From Acidobacteriota bacterium (GTDB taxonomy: Bacteria; Acidobacteriota; UBA890; WLXD01), in the NCBI GenBank assembly GCA_965205505.1, contig CBDBHB010000009.1, positions 2,016,001 through 2,080,000 of the forward strand: a DNA stretch of 64,000 nt. The letters run 5' to 3'. Shown here piece after piece: positions 52,147-61,914 of this stretch. Every line of letters starts with the position of its first letter. Position 1 is the stretch's first letter. The notes below the pieces were generated by a model, which was not told the origin of the DNA, did no database searches, and saw only the letters and a list, made by a program, of their open reading frames with translations. The position numbers and the translations under genes were made by a program.

Positions 52147-52197
52147 CGAACCTTCTGGCAGAGGTTTTCGGGGTTTGGGTCAATTTGGGTCAGGCCG

Positions 52198-52260
52198 TTG
52201 ACAGAGGTTGCTGTGCGGTGCTAGTAACACCTTCTGAAGGTGCTAGTATCACCTTCTGAA
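52198..52260 (+). promoter_or_regulatory. Promoter with tandem 22-bp operator-like repeat
   Basis: TTGACA at 52198; GGTGCTAGTA(A/T)CACCTTCTGAA at 52217-52238 and 52239-52260. Confidence 0.6.
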
Positions 52261-52326
52261 GCATTAGTCAATTCAATGTCGGGCGACGCCGTTGCCCCGG
52301 GTGACGAGTTGCCCAGGAGGTGTGGA

Positions 52327-55209
52327 ATGCGCGCCAAGCTTGCCGTCTTGACTGTTGCCATGCTCCTGATACTCCCCGCGCAGGCGATGGCGCAGGGTGA
52401 GCGGACGCAGGGGGATATCGCCGGAGTGGTTCGGGACGTGGATGGTGCGGGGCTGCCCGGCGCCACCGTCACCCTCGAGGGAGACAACCTCATCCAGGTA
52501 TCTGTCTCGAAGGTAAGCGACGTCTCGGGCAACTTCCGGTTTCGTAATCTCAGGCCGGGAATGTACATCGTCACGGTCTCGCTCACCGGGTTCCAAACGA
52601 TAGCCTACAACGTCCCGGTGAACGTCGGCACGGCGTCAACCGTGATTGCGGAACTGGAGCTGGCGGGGGTCGCAGAGACGGTCACAGTCGTCTCCGAGAC
52701 GCCGTTGATCGACATAGAGTCGGCATCGCTTACGACGTCATACGGCGCGGATCTGCTGGAAAACGTTCCGGTGGCGCGTGAGTTCGCCAACATGACCGAC
52801 TTCGCCGCTGGTTTCGCCGACAAGGGAGCCTATGGCGCCGGCGGCAACCACTCCGAGGGCACTAGCGTGCATCGGCAAGGTGCCGCAACCAACGGCTACC
52901 GGCTCAACGGCGTTGACATCAACGAGCTGGACTGGGGTCTCACCTTTGTCAACCCGAACGTGGAGACGATCGCCGAGATCCAGATTGTCGGTATCGGCGC
53001 CAGCGCCGAGTACAGCCACTTCACTGGCGCGATGGTCAATATTGTGACCAAGGGGGGCACCAACGCGTTTCATGGCTCGGGCTCTTACTACTGGCAGAAC
53101 GGCTCTCTGAGAACCGACAACTCGCGCGGCATCGTGGATCTCGAGCGCGGAAAGTTCTCCTACGACCGCGAGGTTGCCGCCTCTGTCGGTGGCCCGATTG
53201 CGCGCAACAAGCTGCTGTTCTTTGCCGGTGTCTCCCGTCAAGAAAAGCGCGATTCGATTGCCGCCGACTCGTTCTGGGAGAACGGTGGAATCGCCGTCGA
53301 TGATGCCCAGCAGGGTAACGCTAGGTGGGCACTGCACGGCAAGCTGGATTTCTTGGTCAACGACACCAACACGTTCGGGTTCATGATCAACCAGGATCCG
53401 GGCGGCCAGTCGAACATCGACCTGCGACCAGGTTCGCCGCTCGACGTCGCCATGGATACCGAGTACAGCAGCACGACCGCGTTGTTCACCTGGCAATCCC
53501 AACTGGGCGACAACACCTTCACCGATCTCCGCCTCGCATACAATAGGGCGGACTTCTTGCGCATCCCGCTCGTGTGCTGCGACATCCCGGATTACTGGTT
53601 CAACAATTCGCGGAGGCTCACCCGTGGCTTCGTGGAGGACGAGGACAACGCCTCGAAAAATGTCACGGCAACGGTGACCCAGTACGTCGACGACTTCCTG
53701 GGCGCCGCGCATGACGTCAAGGTCGGTATCGACTACAACGACCTTTGGTCCACCTGGATTGCTAAGATTACCGGTAGAGGGGCCATGTATGCCTATGGCT
53801 CCGGTAACGTATATGGGCGTATCTCCAACCGTGGCCTCGAGGCCCGAATGCTACGCCACTCGGCCTTTATCCAGGATAACGCTACCGCTAGCGACAACCT
53901 CACCCTCAACCTCGGGCTGCGCTTTGACCGGACGACCGGTTACGACATGAAGGGTGGGGTGGTTGGGGCTCAGGTAGACAGGTACGACAACTTGGCGCCA
54001 CGCCTTGGTGCAACCTTGGATGTGAGCGGTGATGGCCGTGCCGTGTTCCATGGCAGCTGGGGGCGCTACTTCGAGAAGATCTCCATCGGACACGTCTCGA
54101 GAGCCACCGGCGGCGCGTTCACGGACCCATACGAACCCAACCAGAGGTTCTTCTTCGCAATACCTGACGGTATGTTCCCTGCCGACTACGACCCCCTCAA
54201 CCCGACCGACGTGCAAGTGTTAGCGCTGCAAGACGCTGTCTTCCAACTCGCGAACCGGACTTCGTTCAACGCCGATATCTTTCCGATCACCCCCGGCTTG
54301 AAGTCGACGCACACGGATGTCTTCAATTTCGGATTCGAGTATGAATTAGTCAGGGACTGGGTCGTGGGTCTCGACTACATCCGCAAAGATGACAAAAACA
54401 TGTTCATCTACAACGACATCATTGACCATGTGTTTACGCCCTTCGAATACACCAGCCCGGTGGTGCCCGGATTCCTCGATACGCCGACGACGCAGACGCT
54501 CTACTCGAAACCCAGCGGCGCTATCGAGAACGTCTTCGATAACAGCGACTACTATGTGCGGTGGCACAACATCGTGACGCTGTCGCTGGACCGACGGCGA
54601 ACGGGTTCCGGCCTCAACTTCAGCACCTCGCTCACCTACCAGAACAACGAGGGAAGGATAGAGAATGGCGACGGCCAGACCATCTGGGGTAGGGGCTTCG
54701 ACGAAGAAGACAACCCGAACTTCAACGGCCACCCCTTCTCCGAGTCGGGTCCGTTGCGCTTCAGCAGGACGTGGAGCTGGAAGATACTGGGCAACTACAG
54801 GCTGCCCGGAGACATCCTCTTGGGTATGTACTGGAACTTGGCGTCGGGTCGGCCGTGGAACCTCAAGGTCAGGCACGGATCCAGGGGGATTCCCCAATTG
54901 CTCAACGCCGCCTACGGCAGCACAAACATCGAGAAGGTTCGCAGCAGGCGGTGGGATTCGCATAAGCAGCTCGATCTGCGGCTCTCGAAGTCCTTTAATT
55001 TTGGGAATGGCCGGTTCGAGTTGATGGTCGACGGGTTCAACATGCTCAACGACTTCTCCCCGACCAGCGTCAGAGATCGAATCGACCGAACGTTCAGCCT
55101 TGAGCGCGACGCCGAAGGCAACAGACTCTCCAGCGTCGGGCTGCCCCGCGACTCTACACGTCTGCTGCCCGGGCGGCAGTTTCGGCTCGGGGCACGACTT
55201 TCCTTCTGA
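52327..55209 (+). CDS. TonB-dependent receptor (Oar-like, carboxypeptidase regulatory domain)
   Basis: LPGATVT, VNIVTKGGTNAFHG, LNLGLRFD, APRLG, C-terminal RLSF. Confidence 0.92.
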   Translation: MRAKLAVLTVAMLLILPAQAMAQGERTQGDIAGVVRDVDGAGLPGATVTLEGDNLIQVSVSKVSDVSGNFRFRNLRPGMYIVTVSLTGFQTIAYNVPVNVGTASTVIAELELAGVAETVTVVSETPLIDIESASLTTSYGADLLENVPVAREFANMTDFAAGFADKGAYGAGGNHSEGTSVHRQGAATNGYRLNGVDINELDWGLTFVNPNVETIAEIQIVGIGASAEYSHFTGAMVNIVTKGGTNAFHGSGSYYWQNGSLRTDNSRGIVDLERGKFSYDREVAASVGGPIARNKLLFFAGVSRQEKRDSIAADSFWENGGIAVDDAQQGNARWALHGKLDFLVNDTNTFGFMINQDPGGQSNIDLRPGSPLDVAMDTEYSSTTALFTWQSQLGDNTFTDLRLAYNRADFLRIPLVCCDIPDYWFNNSRRLTRGFVEDEDNASKNVTATVTQYVDDFLGAAHDVKVGIDYNDLWSTWIAKITGRGAMYAYGSGNVYGRISNRGLEARMLRHSAFIQDNATASDNLTLNLGLRFDRTTGYDMKGGVVGAQVDRYDNLAPRLGATLDVSGDGRAVFHGSWGRYFEKISIGHVSRATGGAFTDPYEPNQRFFFAIPDGMFPADYDPLNPTDVQVLALQDAVFQLANRTSFNADIFPITPGLKSTHTDVFNFGFEYELVRDWVVGLDYIRKDDKNMFIYNDIIDHVFTPFEYTSPVVPGFLDTPTTQTLYSKPSGAIENVFDNSDYYVRWHNIVTLSLDRRRTGSGLNFSTSLTYQNNEGRIENGDGQTIWGRGFDEEDNPNFNGHPFSESGPLRFSRTWSWKILGNYRLPGDILLGMYWNLASGRPWNLKVRHGSRGIPQLLNAAYGSTNIEKVRSRRWDSHKQLDLRLSKSFNFGNGRFELMVDGFNMLNDFSPTSVRDRIDRTFSLERDAEGNRLSSVGLPRDSTRLLPGRQFRLGARLSF

Positions 55210-55319
55210 TTCGCTGACACGCAACGACAAAGTGGGGTGCGGTGATCCAGGGCCGGGAGCCGGCCCTGCGGATCGACGATGACCTCGAGGGCCATCGCTG
55301 ACTGAGCCGCACCCTGCTG

Positions 55320-55386
55320 GTGCTGTCGTTCGATCTGCTGGCGCAGCTCGTCAGTGCTGTCTCTCGATCCGCTGGCGCAGCTCGTC
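55320..55386. repeat. Imperfect 33-bp tandem duplication of the TPR gene end
   Basis: 55320-55352 vs 55354-55386 (DELRQQIERQH / DELRQRIERQH). Confidence 0.75.
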
Positions 55387-56583
55387 GATGCGCTGTGCAT
55401 CCCGCGCCCGGCCCAGCGCACGGTAGGCGGCGGCGAGAACCTCGTACGTCTCCGCACGCTCCGGCTGCAGCTCGCGCGCTCGCTCCAGTGCCGTGATCGC
55501 ACCTTCGTGCTGGCCGAGTGCTGCCCTGCACAGGCCGATGTTGAAGTGGATCAATGCGTCGTCGGGCGCCACCAAGACCGCGGTCTCGAAGAGCTCCAGC
55601 GCCTCGGCCGGATGGTCTCGGCGGAAGTAGTAGAGCCCCTGCGCGTTCAGCATGCCGATCTGCATGGCGCGATTCTGCTGGAGCTCGCGCTGGCGCTCGG
55701 CCGTGGTCATCCCCTGGAAGCGCTGCATCAGCTGTCGGGCCTGCTCCCGCTGACCGCTGTCGCGAAGAGCCAGCGCCAGGTTGTAGTGGGCCAGTTTCAG
55801 CCCGGCGTCGAGCTTGATTGCCTCGCGCCCGTGCGTCACCGCACCCTCCAGGTCCCCGGCCTTGTACAGAACGGAACCGAGCAGCTGGTGCGCCTGCGCG
55901 GCGCAGCAGGCCTGCATCCCGAGGACACGTCGGAGCAGCTCCTCGGCGGCCGAGAGCTCCTGGCGATCGATGTACACCTCGGCAAGGCGCACGTATGCAA
56001 GCGCTTGGCGCGGGCGCAGCCGAATCATCGCCTCGAGCTGCTCCACCGCGACGTCGAGATCGCCCTCTGCCCACGCCAGCATGCCGAGATCGAAGCGCGC
56101 TTCCACGGCGCCGACCATCGTGGCCGCCTCGAAGGCGGCTCGCGCCTCCGACCCCATGCCCATCTGGAGCAGCGTACGACCCCTCAGCAGCTCGAGGTTC
56201 GGTTTCCCGCCACCCCCTGCCTGACACTCGTCGACGAGCGCGATCGTCTTGTCATGGAGGGTGAGACGGCGGTAGGCGCGCCCCAGCGCCAGGCAGGTTT
56301 CGATACTCTCGGGACGCAGCTCGTGGGCGCGCTCGTACGCCGTCGTCGCCCTGAGAAGCGACTCGAAGTCGCCGTTCTGCAGCGCCGCCGCACCGGCCTG
56401 CATCGCCTCGTCGAACTCCTCCGCTGGCGTCTGCGCGGTCTCCGTTTCCTGTCCGGTTACCGGGCGCGCATCCAACCCACCCGGCCAGGCCGACGCCTCC
56501 GGAGTCGAGCCGCGGAGGATCGGAGCGGCCAGGAAAGAGCAGACGACGACGTGCAAGCTGATTCGCACACCCGTCGCGCGCAT
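55351..56583 (-). CDS. Secreted TPR protein
   Basis: Signal peptide and multiple TPRs (AHYNLALAL). Confidence 0.85.
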   Translation of the reverse strand: MRATGVRISLHVVVCSFLAAPILRGSTPEASAWPGGLDARPVTGQETETAQTPAEEFDEAMQAGAAALQNGDFESLLRATTAYERAHELRPESIETCLALGRAYRRLTLHDKTIALVDECQAGGGGKPNLELLRGRTLLQMGMGSEARAAFEAATMVGAVEARFDLGMLAWAEGDLDVAVEQLEAMIRLRPRQALAYVRLAEVYIDRQELSAAEELLRRVLGMQACCAAQAHQLLGSVLYKAGDLEGAVTHGREAIKLDAGLKLAHYNLALALRDSGQREQARQLMQRFQGMTTAERQRELQQNRAMQIGMLNAQGLYYFRRDHPAEALELFETAVLVAPDDALIHFNIGLCRAALGQHEGAITALERARELQPERAETYEVLAAAYRALGRARDAQRIDELRQRIERQH

Positions 56584-56585
56584 GG

Positions 56586-59024
56586 TCAGCGCTGTGTCCC
56601 GGTTCGCAGCTGCATCCCAAGACGCGCGTGCTGGTTGGAGAGCTCGTTTCTTCCGAGTCGATTGTAGATGTCGGCGAGCAAGAGATGGCCCAGCACCTGG
56701 TCCTGCCTGATGATCTCTTGCGGCACCCCACGCGCAGTCGACGACTCGAGTCGCTCAAGCGCCCCCTCGACGAGCGACACGGCCTCGTCGAGGCGCTCGT
56801 TCTTCACCAGGTAGATGCGGGCGAGGAAGAGGCGCCCACCGACGAACTGCGGGTCGATCTCGAGGGCCATACGCAGGTACCGCTCCTCCCCGACGAGGTC
56901 GCCGCGGTTGCGGTAGATGACGCTGAGTTTGAAGGCGGCATCGACGTTGCTCGGCGCGTTCTCGAGCTCGCGGCGGTAGGCGGCGATCGCCTCGTCCGGC
57001 TGTCCCCGGGTCTGGAACAGCAACCCGCGCTGGTAGTGCAGATCGGCGAGGGTATCCTTTAAGCCGCGCGCCAGGTTCAGGTGTTCCTCCGCCAGGCGCG
57101 GGCGGCCGGCGGCCAGGTGCACGGCCCCGAGCCCGACGTGCGCGGCGGCCATGATGTTGTTCGCCGGAGCATCCTCGCTGAGGCGCAACGCCTCGTTGAA
57201 ATAGGTCGCGGCCTCGTCGTATGAGCGCCTGGTCTGCTTGATGCGCCCGAGGCTGATGTACAGCCGGGCATCCGGCTCCAGGACGTCGATGAAGTCCAGC
57301 AACACCTTCTCGGCCTCGTTCATCCGGCCGGCCTGCACCTGCGTGCTGGTGAGAAAGAGCACCAGGGCCGCATCTTCGGGCCGCATCGAGAGTGCGGTCT
57401 CGAAGGCCTCGATCGCTTCGTCGTAGCGGAGCTGCTCGAAGAGCAGGTTGCCGAGCGACTGGTGCGCGTCGACCACTCCGGCATCCTCGGCGATGACCCC
57501 CCGCAGGAGCAGCTCGGCCTCGGCCAGTTCGTTATTGACGGTCAGACCGCGGGCCAGGAGCAGGTCGTTGTAGATCTCGACTTTGTCCTTCGGGTTGGCG
57601 CGCTCGACGTCCGGGTCGTCCGCGTCAGCGCTGTAGCCGCCGATGTAGCCTAGTGCGGCGAGCCGCTGGAGAGTCTCCTGGTCGAGCGTGACGGTGTCCG
57701 CCGGGTTGGCGTTCTCCTCGAGCCGCGCCACCAGCTCCTCGGCCTCCCGGCGCAGCGCCTCTGCCGTGGCGGCGCGCTGTGATGCGAGGTTCTGCTGTTC
57801 CTCGGGGTCCTGCAGAAGATCGTAGAGCTCGGGGTCCGGCGAGATGATGAGCTTGTGGGTGGGCTCGAGGATCGCCTGGAGCTCGCTCCAGCCGAAATGG
57901 AGGCGTGGGTAGAAGGTCTCGGCATAGACGCGCTCGTCGGGCCTGCCCTCGACCTCGGCCGCCTCGGTAAACAGTGGAACCAGGCTGCTGCCGTGTACTT
58001 CCTCGGGGGTCTCCAGCCCGGTCAACTCCAGCACGGTCGGCATGACGTCGATCAACGAGACCAGCTCGTGGCGCTGGATGCCCTGCGGCTCGTCAAACGG
58101 GGTGGCGATGATCAGCGGTACCCGGATGGCGGACTCGTACAGCAGCAACCCGTGCTCGCTCTCCCCGTGCTCACCGAGAGCCTCGCCGTGATCGGCTGCC
58201 ACCACGACGTAGGTCTCGTCGGATTGGCCGGAGTCGTCCAGCCACGAGATCAGCCTGCCGACCAAGGAGTCGGTCCAGGCGATCTCACCGACGTAGGGCC
58301 GGTCGGCGTATCGCGACCTGAAGGGCTCGGGCGGCTCGTACGGGGAGTGCGGATCGTACAGGTGCACCCACATGAAGAACGGGGTCGTGTCGTCCTCGCG
58401 GGCCCACGCCAGGGCGGCGTCGATGACCTCCGATCCGGGACGCTGCACGCGGCCCAGAAAGATCGCTCGCTGCTCGGGCACCTCGAACTCGTCGAAGTAC
58501 CGGTCGAACCCCTGGGCCAGGCCCCAGCGCGAGTCGAGGACAAAGGCTCCGACGAAGCCGCCGGTCCGGTAGCCGGCCTCCCGGAAGCTCTCGGCCAGGG
58601 TCTGCAGCTCTTCCGGCGCGACGTGCACGCCGTTGTCGCGCACCCCGTGGTAGGGCGGGTGGGTTCCGGTGAACAGCGACGTGTGCGAGGGCAGCGTCAG
58701 CGGCGTCGAGGCGTAGGCGCGCATGAAGGTGACCCCGCGGGCGGCAAGCGCATCGATAACAGGTGTGTCGACCTCGTCGAAGCCGTACACGCCGAGACGA
58801 TCGGCGCGCGTCGTGTCGAGCGTCACCAGCAGGACGTTGAGCTTGCGGTCGCCGCGGAGCTGCTCGAGGCGCGCCCCCGGGGACGCTCCCGGGCCACAGC
58901 CGATCGTCAGCAGGACGATCGCCCACACGGACGCGACAGCGGCGAGCGCTGCCAGCACCCTACTACGTCGCGGCGCACGCCGACCGCGCTCGAAGCTCGG
59001 CACCCTACTCGCCTCCTTCGTCAT
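56586..59024 (-). CDS. Sulfatase-like hydrolase/transferase with C-terminal TPRs
   Basis: NVLLVTLDTTRAD, TLPSHTS, HLYDPH, ADHGE, LAALGY; ATG at 59024. Confidence 0.9.
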   Translation of the reverse strand: MTKEASRVPSFERGRRAPRRSRVLAALAAVASVWAIVLLTIGCGPGASPGARLEQLRGDRKLNVLLVTLDTTRADRLGVYGFDEVDTPVIDALAARGVTFMRAYASTPLTLPSHTSLFTGTHPPYHGVRDNGVHVAPEELQTLAESFREAGYRTGGFVGAFVLDSRWGLAQGFDRYFDEFEVPEQRAIFLGRVQRPGSEVIDAALAWAREDDTTPFFMWVHLYDPHSPYEPPEPFRSRYADRPYVGEIAWTDSLVGRLISWLDDSGQSDETYVVVAADHGEALGEHGESEHGLLLYESAIRVPLIIATPFDEPQGIQRHELVSLIDVMPTVLELTGLETPEEVHGSSLVPLFTEAAEVEGRPDERVYAETFYPRLHFGWSELQAILEPTHKLIISPDPELYDLLQDPEEQQNLASQRAATAEALRREAEELVARLEENANPADTVTLDQETLQRLAALGYIGGYSADADDPDVERANPKDKVEIYNDLLLARGLTVNNELAEAELLLRGVIAEDAGVVDAHQSLGNLLFEQLRYDEAIEAFETALSMRPEDAALVLFLTSTQVQAGRMNEAEKVLLDFIDVLEPDARLYISLGRIKQTRRSYDEAATYFNEALRLSEDAPANNIMAAAHVGLGAVHLAAGRPRLAEEHLNLARGLKDTLADLHYQRGLLFQTRGQPDEAIAAYRRELENAPSNVDAAFKLSVIYRNRGDLVGEERYLRMALEIDPQFVGGRLFLARIYLVKNERLDEAVSLVEGALERLESSTARGVPQEIIRQDQVLGHLLLADIYNRLGRNELSNQHARLGMQLRTGTQR

Positions 59025-59113
59025 GGAGCGCGGGGATCGACCGCGCGGTGCGAGCCACCATCCGTGGGCCGGCCGCGGCGCGCCCTGCGAGAATCCTCCC
59101 AGATATAGTGTCG

Positions 59114-59150
59114 CCTGAAGCGTATCGCCGGAGCGTGCGAGATCCAACGG
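59114..59150 (-). promoter_or_regulatory. Dispersed promoter-like repeat copy 9
   Basis: TGAAGCGTATCGCCGGAGCGTGCGAGATCCAACGG, 34/35 identical to copy 4. Confidence 0.72.
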
Positions 59151-59406
59151 AGGCACCGTCAGGAGCCTCCCCAGCGTCAACCGGCCTGGCCCCCAATTCG
59201 GGAAGGACCAATCCCGTGCGGGGTGCCGACGCGCGTTAGGGGCCGTCCTGGGGACATGCACCAGCGCTCTACCCCACCGCCTGACGGTCGCGCTCGTCAG
59301 CCGTGAGTGGTTACCCCGATACCCGCCCTGGCCAACCCAAGAGCGTGCCGCTACGGACGAGCGAAATCGAAGGACGCTAGGGCTTGTCGAGTCTCGGCTG
59401 CCGGCG

Positions 59407-59525
59407 CTACGGGTCCGTCGGCACGAGCCGCTTCAGCTCGTCGAACCAGTTGGTGACGAGCGTCACCGTGCCGCTGTCGCTCTGGCTGCTCTGGCCGGTG
59501 TCGGGGAACATCACGAATCCGCTCC
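59407..59525 (-). pseudogene. C-terminal fragment of a kinase-PD40 protein
   Basis: FVMFP...VTLVTNWFDELKRLVPTDP stop; last 24 bp identical to 26577-26600. Confidence 0.8.
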
Positions 59526-59641
59526 AGTGAAGGCTACCCGGAGGAGACTCGTCGGCTCCTCGAAGGGAGCGCCAGCGGCTCCGTGTCCACCTGGAACCGG
59601 GCGGCCGAGCCGGTCACGAACAACGCGGCTAGCGCCGCGTG

Positions 59642-60805
59642 TCACGAGATCATTACCGTGCGCGCGAACTGGGCGTTGTTCTCCCAGCTGGTCCTCTTCT
59701 CGGCCAGGTCCTCCAGCACCGGCTGTACCCTGCCATTCGCATCGATGGCGCGCGACACGACGGTGTGCTCCCCCGCCGTGGCACCTTCCCAACGGTATGC
59801 AAAGAGCTTCCAGGAGTACTTCGTATTGCGCGGATCCAGCGTCGCTTGCTCCCAGGGTCCGTCGTCGATCTTCACCTCCACCCGAGCCAGCGGCGTCCCG
59901 TCGGTCAAGGCGAACCCGTGCACGGTGTGATGGTCGGCAGCGCGCGTGACCCGGGCGATGGCCGACTTCAGCTGGATGCGGGTGACCGAGGTCTCCATGT
60001 ACTTGAGGCTGCCTCCCACCTGCTTGGCCGTCAGCGTGACGTAGTGGTTGGCCATGAACTTGCCCATGAATCGGCCTTCCTGCACGTGGATCTGCTTGAG
60101 CCATTTGACCTGGGCAACGCCGTACCAGCCCGGGATGATCAGCCGCAGCGGCGCTCCCTGATGGATGCTCAGCGGCTCGCCGTTGAGCTCGTACGCAAGC
60201 ATGGTGTCGTCGCGCAGGGCGTCTTCTAGCGACATGCTGCGGGCGTATTGCTGATCGACCAGCCAGCTACTACCCCGCTTCTCGATCGTCTCGGTTCCCA
60301 CATCGGCACCGAAGAAGACCACTTCCTTGCCGGCCGGCTCGACGCCCACCTCGTCGAGCAACGCGCGCAGACTCGTACCGCCCCAGCGGCCGTTGCTGAC
60401 CAGCCCGTGGAAGCGGCGGCGGCTGTTGCCGGAGCACTCGAACGCGCAGGCCAGCTCCGTGCGCGGGCGTCGACGGATACCCGCCATCGACAGCTTCTGA
60501 GGCCGTGACACTTGCCCGCTGATCTCCAGCTCGTGGGTCGCGGCGTCCACTTCAGGATGCCCGTAGTGCTGAACGGTGAAGAACTGGTCGGCCGGCGTAA
60601 AGAATTCGTCGATCTCGCGGATATCTACGAACCGAACGATTGGCGTCGGGTTGGTTTCGAACCCGTACGGCATGTCGGTGAACGGAACCGTTTCGTCTTG
60701 CGACATCGCGGCCAGCGCCCAATTCGGCACACCGACCACCATCGATCCGGCGACGATCGCACCGGCCTTCGTCGCGTCGCGGCGCGTCATGCGCTCAGAC
60801 ATCAT
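59642..60805 (-). CDS. Sulfite oxidase family molybdoenzyme with Tat-like signal
   Basis: TRRDA, FFTVQH, ECSGN, GAD, GAPLRLIIPGWYG..VKWL, SRAID. Confidence 0.9.
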   Translation of the reverse strand: MMSERMTRRDATKAGAIVAGSMVVGVPNWALAAMSQDETVPFTDMPYGFETNPTPIVRFVDIREIDEFFTPADQFFTVQHYGHPEVDAATHELEISGQVSRPQKLSMAGIRRRPRTELACAFECSGNSRRRFHGLVSNGRWGGTSLRALLDEVGVEPAGKEVVFFGADVGTETIEKRGSSWLVDQQYARSMSLEDALRDDTMLAYELNGEPLSIHQGAPLRLIIPGWYGVAQVKWLKQIHVQEGRFMGKFMANHYVTLTAKQVGGSLKYMETSVTRIQLKSAIARVTRAADHHTVHGFALTDGTPLARVEVKIDDGPWEQATLDPRNTKYSWKLFAYRWEGATAGEHTVVSRAIDANGRVQPVLEDLAEKRTSWENNAQFARTVMIS

Positions 60806-61005
60806 CCTCCTCCTTCGGAAACCCGGCGAATCGGTATCCCGGGCCGGTTCCCAATGGTCTCTCCGTTTTGGTACACGATCTGCCCATTGACGCAGACAGT
60901 ATCAAACCCGGCCGACGAAAGGTGCGGCTCCTCGACCGTGGAGCGATCGATCACCGTCGCCGGGTCGAACAAGACGAGGTCGGCGTAGTCGCCTTCCTCG
61001 ATCGG
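60803..61005 (-). pseudogene. C-terminal fragment of an N-acyl-D-amino-acid deacylase
   Basis: IEEGDYADLVLFDPATVIDRSTVEEP...VCVNG...RPG; stop overlaps the next ATG. Confidence 0.75.
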
Positions 61006-61424
61006 GATAGATCAGGCCACGTTACCCGTGTCACAATCTGTCCGAGGTGTCACGATGCCCAACCCCGGCAAGCGATAGAGCCGGACAGTCCAACAAGTTG
61101 ACGACGCCGACGAAACCCGACCCATCCCGACAGAAGGAATTGTCAGTCCGCCAAGCGAACGCCATCGATCTGCTGTTGGCAGGAAAACGGACAGCGAGGT
61201 CGCGAAAGCCGTCGATGCTGTAGGCCGTACTTGCGGGAGAGCCGCGCCAGTCGCGCCGTCAGCGTCAGGGTCAGGCCTTTGTTCTGCGCGGCGATGGCGG
61301 GATCCATCTCCCCTGCGGTCACGATGGGCAGGACAGCGATGACCCAGTCAGTAGGATCGAGGGGGATAGACGCCGTGCGATGTAAGGGATCAGAGCACGG
61401 GGCGGCCGGTGTAAGAAACCGGCT

Positions 61425-61889
61425 GTGCTCGGTAGCAACCATTGCAAAGACCACGGCCAGACCACACCGGTGCGGAGATACGTCAAACTTGACGACATTA
61501 AAAAGAACGATGTCGTCAAAGCGATCAAAGCCGGCATGGGGAAGGCTGAAGCTGCGGCCGTCGTCGGGGTGTCACGCCAGACGCTATACGACCATGAGCA
61601 GAAACACCCCGAGTTAAGAGAACAGGTTGGGGATGCCCAGCGGGGTGCTGTCGGTGCGGTTGAGAACGCTCTGCACGCCAAAGCGTTGGGTGGCAACGTA
61701 ACGGCGATGATCTTCTTTTTGAAGAACCGCTCGCCGGACCAGTGGCGCGACATGAAGACGGGCGAGGTCGTGCGTGCGATGGAAGCGCGGCTTCGACCTG
61801 CGCTATTCCGCGCGATGGAAACCACTAGTATCTCTCGCCAGCAACTCGAAGCCGTCGCCGACGCCTTAGATGACGCTGTAAACGCGTGA
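61425..61889 (+). CDS. Phage terminase small subunit-like HTH protein
   Basis: AAAVVGVSRQTLY, VENALHAKALGGNVTAMIFFLKNR..DQWRD. Confidence 0.75.
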   Translation: MLGSNHCKDHGQTTPVRRYVKLDDIKKNDVVKAIKAGMGKAEAAAVVGVSRQTLYDHEQKHPELREQVGDAQRGAVGAVENALHAKALGGNVTAMIFFLKNRSPDQWRDMKTGEVVRAMEARLRPALFRAMETTSISRQQLEAVADALDDAVNA

Positions 61890-61914
61890 CCGGCGTGGAG
61901 TCCGTTTACTCGGA

